This document shows positions 48,060 to 55,976 of a stretch of 64,000 bases of DNA, one piece after another (positions within the stretch are counted from its first letter, which is position 1; each line of letters begins with the position of its first letter). Source of the stretch: an uncultured Actinomycetota bacterium (GTDB lineage Bacteria > Actinomycetota > Actinomycetes > Mycobacteriales > Jatrophihabitantaceae); the NCBI GenBank assembly GCA_963797785.1, contig CAWCQT010000001.1, forward strand, positions 2,494 through 66,493, written 5' to 3'. The notes beneath the pieces were generated by a model, which was not told where the DNA came from, searched no databases, and saw only the letters and a program-made list of their open reading frames with translations. Made by a program: the position numbers and the translations under genes.

Positions 48060-48063
48060 CATC

Positions 48064-49653
48064 ATGTTGCTGGGATACGTCAGCGACGAGAACTACGTCG
48101 CTATCGCCGGAGCGCTCATCGAGGCCGCCGATGCGAACGCCGACCGCGCCCCGATAACCGCTGTCTCCAGCGCCAGTGGACGCATCGACTTAGACCTGGC
48201 ACCCGGCGAATACACCGTCTTCCTCGCGGCGGCCGGTTTCGGCGCCAAGCACGTCGAGGTCTCCGTCGGCGCCGGCCCGGTGCAGTTCCGGCTGCTCTCA
48301 GCACGCCCTTACGGATACGTCTGGCCGAAGTACGCGGCCGCGGGCGACGTCGGCGACCTTTGCATCTCAAGCCCCGATCCCTACCGGCTCTCGTTGTGGC
48401 GTTACGGCCGCGATCGGGAGCTGGTGACAGAACTGGGATTCGGCGAACACGAGGTGGGCGCCACTGCCGCATTGCTCCCCGATGGAGATGTGACCCGCAC
48501 CGGTGTGGAGTGGCTGTCCTACGGCTTTCCCGGCCAGCCGATCACCGCGCCCGACCGTAGCGGCCTCTACTACGTTCACCTGAACAGCGTGTCCGGCGCC
48601 ACGACGTGCTTCCCGTGGATCGTGTCCCCAGCTCGACCGACAAGCCGCATCGCCGTTCTTATGTCCGATCTGACCTGGAACTCGTACAACGCCTTCGGTG
48701 GTCGCAGCAATTACCTGTTTCCTGCCGGCCTGCCGCCAACTCCGCCGGTTAATCGTCGACAGGACCTGGCCCGCTATGTGGTGCCGGAGGCAGATGACTG
48801 GGAGGCCGACACGTACCCGCCGGTTTCGTTTCGGCGCCCCGATCCGGACAACGCCATTCCCTTCGACGAGCAGGTGGACGGACCGATCACGACTCGCGCG
48901 GGTGCGCACCTGGCGGCGACGGACTGGCGTCTGCTGAGCTGGTTGGAGCGCAACGGCTGGGAGTACGACGTATACGCCGAAAGCCAGCTGCACCAAGGCC
49001 GCGTCCCGCTGGATGACTATCAGCTCTTAGTACTCGGCGCACACCCCGAGTACTGGACGTGGCCGATGTTCCAGACCGTTCGCGACTGGGTGTTCGACCG
49101 CGCCGGTCACCTGATGTACCTCGGCGGCAACGGCCTCAATTGCGAGGTCGAGTTGCTCGACGACGACGCGCTATTGGTGCACAACGGCGACGTGCGCAAG
49201 CTCGGCCCGCACACCAGTCAGGACTGGTCCCGCTTCGGGGCGCGGCGAGTACCCGAGGCAAGTCTGCTCGGCGTGGGATACGACCCTCGTGGCCTGCTCA
49301 CCGCGGCACCCTACGAAGTGATCGACCCTGACCATTGGGCCTTCGCCGGCACGGCAGTGTCTGCCGGAACGATTTTCGGGGCGAGTTCGCAGAACGCCCG
49401 CATCCGTGGCGGCGCTTCAGGACATGAGACCGACAAGATCACGCCCAATTCCCCACCTGGCACCCACCTGCTTGCTCGAGGGACCAACCCGACTGGCGGG
49501 GGCGCCGAGATCGCATACTTCGCGACTGCGTCGGGCGGGAAAGTGTTCTCCGTCGGCTCGGTGGCCTACATCAGCTCCTTGCTGGTCGACCCAGTCGTCG
49601 ACGGCCTCACCGCGAACGTCGTCCGCCGATTCCTCCGGCCGTCTGTGACATGA
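48064..49653 (+). CDS. N,N-dimethylformamidase beta-subunit family protein
   Basis: LTWNSYNAFGG, VSFRRP, WLERNG, LGAHPEYWT, LMYLGGNG, GHETDK, VFSVGS; small N-terminal beta-sandwich-like domain. Confidence 0.82.
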   Translation: MLLGYVSDENYVAIAGALIEAADANADRAPITAVSSASGRIDLDLAPGEYTVFLAAAGFGAKHVEVSVGAGPVQFRLLSARPYGYVWPKYAAAGDVGDLCISSPDPYRLSLWRYGRDRELVTELGFGEHEVGATAALLPDGDVTRTGVEWLSYGFPGQPITAPDRSGLYYVHLNSVSGATTCFPWIVSPARPTSRIAVLMSDLTWNSYNAFGGRSNYLFPAGLPPTPPVNRRQDLARYVVPEADDWEADTYPPVSFRRPDPDNAIPFDEQVDGPITTRAGAHLAATDWRLLSWLERNGWEYDVYAESQLHQGRVPLDDYQLLVLGAHPEYWTWPMFQTVRDWVFDRAGHLMYLGGNGLNCEVELLDDDALLVHNGDVRKLGPHTSQDWSRFGARRVPEASLLGVGYDPRGLLTAAPYEVIDPDHWAFAGTAVSAGTIFGASSQNARIRGGASGHETDKITPNSPPGTHLLARGTNPTGGGAEIAYFATASGGKVFSVGSVAYISSLLVDPVVDGLTANVVRRFLRPSVT

Positions 49654-51344
49654 CGCGGTCACCAGGCGCGCATCCGCGCCTGTATTTCGACGGTGCCGAA
49701 CTGCAGAGGCTGCGTGCCGGGCACGGCACCGGACACCATTCGCTCATCTGGAAGAACATCGCAATCGACGCCGCACGATATGCGGCCATCGAGCCGGCCA
49801 CCGACTGGATCGCACCGCTGACCGATGACCCGAACTACGAGAATCTCTACGATCGGTTCTGGGCCATGATGTCCGACGCGGCGATCGTCGAGCAGCTCGC
49901 GTTCGCCGCCGCGTACGGCGGCGAGAACTCGATGATCACAGCGGCGACGACTCACCTCCTCGCCGCCTCCCACCGATGGCAGCAGGAGCAGAGCCTGCGA
50001 CCGGACTACGGCACGGCGTACGCCACCACCCGCTTGTTGAAGGCAATCGCGATCGGCTACGACCTGCTGGCCGGTGAGCTCGATGACAACACACGACTGG
50101 TCGTGCGGGAAATGCTGGTCGGATGCACGACCCGATTGGCCGACGAATGGTTCAACCGTCCGGACGTGCGTGGGCCGGTAGGCGTCGAACCGGGCTTGCA
50201 TTCCCCGCACCACTCATCGGTCGAATGGTCCGCCTTCGGGATCGTCGGCCTAAGCCTGTTGGGCGAGGTCGACGCCGCCGCCGATTGGACGGCCGCCACC
50301 ACCCAACATTTCATCGACCACTTGCTGCCTGCTGCCTTGGCGGCCGATGGTTCTCACCCCGAAGGAAACGCATTCTGGGCTTCGACCGTAGTGAGCCAGT
50401 TGCAATATCTCGATCCGCTGCGGCGCTGCACCGGTAAGGACCTCCTTGGGCCTGCGACTCATTCGATGAGCACGGCGATCGCGCAAGCCTCATTCCGTCC
50501 GGATCGAGAAGTGACCGGCGCCGGCGAGCCGATCTACGGCGACAGCACCGCCGTGTCCGCGCTGCTGCTGTGCATGGCGCGAGAGCTGCAGAATGACGCC
50601 TTGCAGAGACTCGCGATGACCGATCCGAGCACTGGCCGGATGGAGACCTGGCCGGCCCGGACACCCCGACGCGGCGAGCAGATGCACATCGCTCCCGGGG
50701 GGTACGCCTATGCCTGGCTGGACGCCGACCTGCCCCCCGGCGACTATCCGTCCGTCAGATCCTGGCATTTTCCAATCGCGAACGAGTCATTCCTTCGCTC
50801 CGGCTGGACATCGGATGACGCGCTGATCGCTGTCCGCGACGGCAAGATCAGCATCTACTTCGGTGCCCGACTAGTGTTCGAGGACCTCACCCCCCGGCGC
50901 GTGGTTGATCTCGAACTATCACGGCACGCGGGTACCGGCATCTACACCCTCGACCCACCGGACCTTCTCGTCCATGTGGACCGCATCGTCGACACCGACT
51001 GTGTCACGTCGCTGAGCTGCTGCGGCCCGTCCGGCGAGACCGTTGCCACCGTCCGCTTCGATCGAGCCGAGCACCGCATCGTCATCGATCGAACTGACGG
51101 CTACTTGCGATCGTGGGTGTTCGACCCGGCAGGAGAGGCCGAACTCACCGTCGTCGCGGGTTCGGTCCAGAGCACCTCACCATCGCATCATGGCATCGAC
51201 TTCAGGGCCGGCTACGGATTGCTGGACGTTGTCGAGACCGATCCTCGGTCGTACCCGACCATGACCGCCCGGCCGACTGCGGGCCACCTCACCATCGCCA
51301 TTTCCCGGCTCAACACCCAGCCCGGCGACCATGAGCCGAGATAG
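49650..51344 (+). CDS. DUF4962/heparinase II-III-like polysaccharide lyase fold protein
   Basis: HPRLYFD...L..LR start, AIAIGYDLL, DGSHPEG..FW, FLRSGW. Confidence 0.6.
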   Translation: MTRSPGAHPRLYFDGAELQRLRAGHGTGHHSLIWKNIAIDAARYAAIEPATDWIAPLTDDPNYENLYDRFWAMMSDAAIVEQLAFAAAYGGENSMITAATTHLLAASHRWQQEQSLRPDYGTAYATTRLLKAIAIGYDLLAGELDDNTRLVVREMLVGCTTRLADEWFNRPDVRGPVGVEPGLHSPHHSSVEWSAFGIVGLSLLGEVDAAADWTAATTQHFIDHLLPAALAADGSHPEGNAFWASTVVSQLQYLDPLRRCTGKDLLGPATHSMSTAIAQASFRPDREVTGAGEPIYGDSTAVSALLLCMARELQNDALQRLAMTDPSTGRMETWPARTPRRGEQMHIAPGGYAYAWLDADLPPGDYPSVRSWHFPIANESFLRSGWTSDDALIAVRDGKISIYFGARLVFEDLTPRRVVDLELSRHAGTGIYTLDPPDLLVHVDRIVDTDCVTSLSCCGPSGETVATVRFDRAEHRIVIDRTDGYLRSWVFDPAGEAELTVVAGSVQSTSPSHHGIDFRAGYGLLDVVETDPRSYPTMTARPTAGHLTIAISRLNTQPGDHEPR

Positions 51345-51690
51345 TTCTGCGGCGGACATCCTCGCGATCGTGCAGGCATACATCGCTTCCCATCACGACC
51401 GCGATCTCACGCTCACTGAAGCAGCCCGAGCGGTCCCGGTGAGCCCCTACTACCTCGCCCATCTCTTCCAACGCGACCTCGGGACGACGTTTCTGAAGCA
51501 CCTGACCCGCGTCCGACTGGAGGCGGCGTGCAGGATGCTTGCCAGCAGCAATTGCCCGGTGTCCGTGGTATCGGCACGCGTGGGCTACCGCTCGCCGAAA
51601 CGGTTCCGGATCCAGTTCAGACGAGCCTTCGACCTCAGTCCGACGCAGTACCGATCTGAAATTGCGCGTCGCCTCTCCAGGGTGCCTTGA
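51331..51690 (+). CDS. stand-alone AraC-type DNA-binding domain protein
   Basis: 119 aa; LTLTEAARAVPVSPYYLAHLF, RVRLEAACRML, VSARVGY, FRIQFRR..DLSPTQYR. Confidence 0.85.
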   Translation: MSRDSSAADILAIVQAYIASHHDRDLTLTEAARAVPVSPYYLAHLFQRDLGTTFLKHLTRVRLEAACRMLASSNCPVSVVSARVGYRSPKRFRIQFRRAFDLSPTQYRSEIARRLSRVP

Positions 51691-51704
51691 CATAGGTCAT
51701 AGGT
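51687..51704 (+). promoter_or_regulatory. TTGACA -35 box overlapped by CATAGGT-CATAGGT operator
   Basis: Perfect tandem 7-mer directly upstream of the DapA-family gene. Confidence 0.65.
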
Positions 51705-51721
51705 TGCGCTGGGATCAGTCC

Positions 51722-52651
51722 ATGACCCAGTTCTCCGAGTGCTCCGGAGTGTTTCCGGCAGCACTGACCATGTTCGACGCTAACGGCGCGCTCGACGAAG
51801 CGGCGACCCGAACTCACCTTGCCTACCTGGCGGATTCCGGCGCGCACGGATTGGTCGTGGCTGGGACAAGCGGCGAGTTCATCACGATGACGCCGACCGA
51901 ACGATCCCGGCTCGTGGATATCGCCCTGGAAACGGTGGGCGATCGGATCCCAGTCATCGCAGCGACCGGTTCAGCATCCACGCGCCAGACGATCGAGCTG
52001 AGTTCGGCCGCGGCGTCCGCTGGAGCGACGGCGGCATTGGTGATCCTGCCCTACTACATGCGGCCGACTCGCGAGGAAGTGCTCGGCCACCTGCGGACAG
52101 TGGCAGCGGCGAGCTCCATTCCAATCATGCTCTACAACAACCCAACCAACAGCGGCACAGACGCCGTCACGGCCCGGGATATCGGCGCGCTTTACGCAGC
52201 GGGTGTGCTGCAGGGAGTGAAGAGCACCTTCCCGACCGTGCACGAGGTCGTCGAGGCGATCGACGAGACCGGCCCGGACTTCCGCGCCTTCTATGGCGGG
52301 TTCACTGCTCCACTGTCCGGACTCGCGGAAGGTGCGCACGGCTGGATCAGCGGCGTTCTCAACGTCGCGCTGGAACCTGCACTTCACCTGTGGGATGCAA
52401 TTTGCAAGAGCGACCTGGACGCGGCCCGCTCGTGGGCGAAGGTGATTCGCGGCTACCGGTACCTCTACTCGCGGCAGCCACTCGGAGCGGTGAACGACAT
52501 GGCGCTCTACCGCCAGATCCTTCGACTGCGCGGCCTGACCGCCGGCTACTGCCGTGCGCCGTTGCGCGAGCTCGATCAGGACCAGGTGCAGCGTCTCGGC
52601 ACGCTGCTCGACTCGTTGCCCACCGGCGCCGCCGAGGCGGCATCGACCTGA
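51722..52651 (+). CDS. dihydrodipicolinate synthase family protein
   Basis: GVFPAALTMFD, AGTSGEF, ILPYY, IMLYNNP, GVKST. Confidence 0.9.
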   Translation: MTQFSECSGVFPAALTMFDANGALDEAATRTHLAYLADSGAHGLVVAGTSGEFITMTPTERSRLVDIALETVGDRIPVIAATGSASTRQTIELSSAAASAGATAALVILPYYMRPTREEVLGHLRTVAAASSIPIMLYNNPTNSGTDAVTARDIGALYAAGVLQGVKSTFPTVHEVVEAIDETGPDFRAFYGGFTAPLSGLAEGAHGWISGVLNVALEPALHLWDAICKSDLDAARSWAKVIRGYRYLYSRQPLGAVNDMALYRQILRLRGLTAGYCRAPLRELDQDQVQRLGTLLDSLPTGAAEAAST

Positions 52652-52682
52652 TGCGACGGATCATCGCCGACTGTCGCGCCGA

Positions 52683-53585
52683 TCAGGGCCAGGTGACGCG
52701 GGACAGGTCGGCCAGGACCGAGATCAACGACTGCGTCCCGGACCGGTCGTGGCCCTGTGCACTCAGCGCCCGGTAGAGCTGATCAGCCAGCGCCAGCCCC
52801 GGTAAGGCCACTTGCATGCGGCGCGCTTCGGCTAAGGCGATGCCGAGATCCTTACAGAAGTGCTCGACGTAGAAGCCTGCGGTGTAGTCGCCGGCGATCA
52901 TCCGTGGCGCAAGGTTGGTCAGTGCGGCGGAGGCGGCCGCTCCTGATCCGACCGAACGCAGCACGACCGTCGGATCCAATCCCGCTCGGTAGGCGTATAG
53001 CAGGCCTTCACACACGCCGACCATCGTGTTCGCGATAAGGATCTGGTTCGCCATCTTGGTGTGCTGACCTGCCCCGGGGCCACCCTGATGCACGACGGTC
53101 GGGCCAAGCACCTCAAGCAGCGGCGTGATCGCCGCAACTACTCCGGTGTCGCCACCCACCATCATCGACAGGTTCGCCGTTCGTGCGCCGACCTCGCCGC
53201 CGGACACAGGAGCATCAACCGATTCCACTCCATGCGGCTTCGCGGTGGCATGAATCTCACGCGCCAAACTTGGCTCACTGGTCGTCATGTCGACCAACAC
53301 CGTGCCCGGCGAAGAACCGGCCAGGGCCCCGTCCGCACCGAGAATCACGGCGCGCACATCCGATGGCATCGACACGATCGTCACCACCACATCGCTGGCC
53401 ATCGCCACCTCGGCAGGCGAGGCGGCCAATGTCGCCCCCGCATCAAGCAGGTTGGCAACCGACGCCGACCGGCGTGCGTACACGGTTACCGGATGGCCGG
53501 CCGCGAGGACGTGCCCGCACATCGGCGCACCCATGACCCCTGTGCCGATCCAGCCGATCCGATGCGGGGGCGGCGATGCGCTCAT
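52683..53585 (-). CDS. NAD(P)-dependent 3-hydroxyisobutyrate/2-hydroxy-3-oxopropionate reductase family protein
   Basis: IGWIGTGVMGAPM, VDMTTS, DAPVSGGEVGA, GAGQHTKMANQI, KDLGIAL. Confidence 0.92.
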   Translation of the reverse strand: MSASPPPHRIGWIGTGVMGAPMCGHVLAAGHPVTVYARRSASVANLLDAGATLAASPAEVAMASDVVVTIVSMPSDVRAVILGADGALAGSSPGTVLVDMTTSEPSLAREIHATAKPHGVESVDAPVSGGEVGARTANLSMMVGGDTGVVAAITPLLEVLGPTVVHQGGPGAGQHTKMANQILIANTMVGVCEGLLYAYRAGLDPTVVLRSVGSGAAASAALTNLAPRMIAGDYTAGFYVEHFCKDLGIALAEARRMQVALPGLALADQLYRALSAQGHDRSGTQSLISVLADLSRVTWP

Positions 53586-53851
53586 CCCTGCACGATCGCG
53601 CGCGTTCGATGCCATTCTTGCGGGGTGGCCGAGTCGTCCACCCGGACGGACACGTTCTCGGCAGCGACAGCGACAACGGTCCCGTAGCGAAGACCGTCAA
53701 GGCTAACTCGATCCCCGACATGGTGGGACGAGACGTGCGCGGCCAAGCGTTTTCCCGACCTGGGCAGCGCAGCCGCAACGAGTGCTGCGCCGGTAATGAC
53801 TCCGGATGCCTGGAGAAAGGCGCGCCGGCTCGGCAACACGTTGGCAGTCAT
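53582..53851 (-). CDS. small protein with Tat-like signal and a short beta-barrel (SH3/KOW-like) domain
   Basis: SRRAFLQ followed by a hydrophobic stretch, then VGDRVSLDGLRYGTVVAV..VSVRVD. Stop overlaps the start of the next gene. Confidence 0.55.
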   Translation of the reverse strand: MTANVLPSRRAFLQASGVITGAALVAAALPRSGKRLAAHVSSHHVGDRVSLDGLRYGTVVAVAAENVSVRVDDSATPQEWHRTRAIVQG

Positions 53852-53886
53852 TGTGTGTGTCTCGTCTCTGGAACGGGTGGCGGCCA

Positions 53887-54846
53887 TCAGGTTGCCGACC
53901 AGCCGGTGGGCCGATACACCCCGGAGGTCACCCAATTGCCGCGTACCGACCCGGTGAAATAGTTCGCATGGACTACGCAGTTGACTGCGCTGCCCGAGTT
54001 GTCCACCGAGTAGCCAGCCACCGGGCTGTTGTAGTTGGCGACGGCGCCGAATCGAAACGACGCCTCGTGGACATCACTCAGATTGAGGTAGCGACAGTTC
54101 TCGATGTCGATCGTGACGTTCGTTGACTGCAGCCCGCCATCGGTGCCCCCCACCTGAATGCCGCCGCTGACCGGACCACTGCCACCGGCCTCGTAACACC
54201 CCCCGCCGTACCAAGAGAAGCCCGAGACGCCGAACAGAACCACGGAGTAGCCCGTCGCGCCGAAGATGTGACAGCCACGCATCTTGTTCGTCCGCGCGCC
54301 GTTGGGGTCGCCGGTCTTTGCCCGTCCGTCGATCCACACCGTTGTCTCGTGTGTCGCAGACCCTCGGGTCGTCACCCACAGGTCCTCGAGCGTGATCGCG
54401 CTGACCGCATAAGTCGACGTGGAGACGATGGAGATCATCGACCCGCCGCTCGTGCCCGCCTCGCTCTCTACAGCGCAACCACGGAGGATCGATCCGTTCG
54501 AGCCCGCCGTGAACGCCATGAACCCAGCAGCCGATCCGCCAGCCTCGTTGTAATTGCGAACCAAAACCGTCTGATTGAGCCCATCACCGTCGATCAACAC
54601 GGCGGTGTTGATCTGATTGGGACGCGTGTTGAACTTGTACACGCCGGTTGGGAAGTAGATCCGCCGGTGACCGCCGGTGCTGGCAGCAGCCAGAGCGGCA
54701 TTGAACGCAGCGGTGCAACTGGTGACTCCGGTGGGATCTCCGCCGTAGTCAATGATCGACGGTATCTCGTTCAGTTTCGCGCCGACGTTGGTCGTCACGG
54801 CTCCGGTGCCGCTGGCGGTGTACGTGATCGTGCTGGCATCCGTCAT
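53887..54846 (-). CDS. right-handed beta-helix protein (pectate_lyase_3/tailspike-like N-terminus)
   Basis: GTGAVTTNVGAKLNEIPSIIDYGGDPTG...AFNAAL...IYFPTGVY...IDGDG, then beta-helix-like repeats. Confidence 0.75.
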   Translation of the reverse strand: MTDASTITYTASGTGAVTTNVGAKLNEIPSIIDYGGDPTGVTSCTAAFNAALAAASTGGHRRIYFPTGVYKFNTRPNQINTAVLIDGDGLNQTVLVRNYNEAGGSAAGFMAFTAGSNGSILRGCAVESEAGTSGGSMISIVSTSTYAVSAITLEDLWVTTRGSATHETTVWIDGRAKTGDPNGARTNKMRGCHIFGATGYSVVLFGVSGFSWYGGGCYEAGGSGPVSGGIQVGGTDGGLQSTNVTIDIENCRYLNLSDVHEASFRFGAVANYNSPVAGYSVDNSGSAVNCVVHANYFTGSVRGNWVTSGVYRPTGWSAT

Positions 54847-54951
54847 GAGTTCTCCAGGGTCGGAATTCACGCGCGGGTAGACGCGTGGCGATGTGCCGCC
54901 CGCAGAACTCCGTCCCCTTCGGTCTGCCCGGCGATGTAACGCGCTGCGCAG

Positions 54952-54980
54952 AGACTACAAATGAGTATGACCTAGGTCAA
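54952..54980 (-). promoter_or_regulatory. housekeeping-sigma promoter TTGACC-N17-TAGTCT overlapped by palindrome TGACCTAGGTCA
   Basis: Minus strand reads TTGACC TAGGTCATACTCATTTG TAGTCT; palindrome at 54968-54979. Confidence 0.7.
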
Positions 54981-55509
54981 GGGTCATTTGAAAGCGAATG
55001 AGCGCGGCTCCGACCGGCGGCCAGCCTTATCAGCGCGTCGCACGGCTGGGCAACGGTCGGGACCCCTAACGGCCCCTTCGGTTAGCGGGACCCTGCAACT
55101 CATCCCTGTAGGCGCGCCTTCGACCGCGAACGGATCAGCGCCGTCGAGCAGAAGCTCTGCGAACCGACGAATCCCGCGCCGCTGCGCCTGCTCGTGGTGG
55201 CGATGATCGTGAACTGAATCCGGGCCGCGGCAGACCGGCTAGCCTCACTGCCTCGCGCAGGGCTGCACCAGCGGCAGCCTCGTCGGGGCAATCCCGCACC
55301 ACGAGCGACACGATCGGCACGAATTGACTATCCCCTCGCCGGTTGCCAGCGATGGCTCCGGTGACGCTCGATGGGCGATGCACCCCAGCACACCAGCACC
55401 CGAGCCCGCGCCGCCCGTTGAACGGATCCTCAAGGGACCGGCGAATTCCTCCTACGACATCAGCGCCACTGCCAGCTACGGCCCAAACCTGCCGACGGCC
55501 AGACCGGCC

Positions 55510-55699
55510 TCCAGCCGTCCGCAGCGGCCGGCTTGTCCCGCCACCGGGCTATATCGACAGCACGCTCTCGGAACTCCGGCGGTTTCGGTCCAGGCATCCA
55601 GCACTCCTTCCGGATTACCAAGCAGCTCCAGTCTGTCAACCGCCGAGTCCGGAGAACCGGGGGGCACATCACGGTGTCCAGGAAAGCGTGGTCAGGTCA
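55510..55699 (-). mobile_element. IS3-family left-end remnant (terminal repeats plus start of orfA)
   Basis: Two TG-starting IR-like ends (TGACCTGACCACGCTTTCCTGGACACC and TGATGTGCCCCCCGGTTCTCCGGACTC), GAAGGAG RBS and MPGPKPPEFRERAVDIAR.RDKP. Confidence 0.7.
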
Positions 55700-55776
55700 C
55701 GCTGGCGCACCTAGACACCCAAGGTGTCCACTATGACGCGAGACATCTGTCCTCGATGTCCCGCGACATCACATGG

Positions 55777-55818
55777 GTGGAGCTGAGGGACTCGAACCCG
55801 TGACCCCCACACTGCCAG
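55777..55818 (-). mobile_element. att site: 3' half of tRNA-Ala(GGC) marking the edge of an integrative element
   Basis: Minus strand CTGGCAGTGTGGGGGTCACGGGTTCGAGTCCCTCAGCTCCAC = anticodon loop, T-arm and acceptor 3' strand; no D-arm or 5' half. Confidence 0.85.
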
Positions 55819-55921
55819 CCGACTGTTCGATTATTCGCTGGCGTCCGCTGACGTCCGAAATGCCTGATTCGTAAGGGATTCCGGACGGATATCGAACAGG
55901 CCGAACAACCCCGAACGAAGC

Positions 55922-55944
55922 AAATGGCTACCGAAATGGCTACC
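55922..55944. repeat. tandem AAATGGCTACC repeats, probable integrase arm-type sites
   Basis: Two perfect 11-mers at 12-bp period, about 100 bp inside the att core. Confidence 0.6.
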
Positions 55945-55976
55945 AGATGATCTTTGCTTTCATCGGACTCAAGGCT

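Noticed and set aside
54990-55500. Small ORFs or ncRNA between the catabolic block and the IS end
   Set aside because: No recognisable protein motif, RBS-supported ORF or convincing structure.
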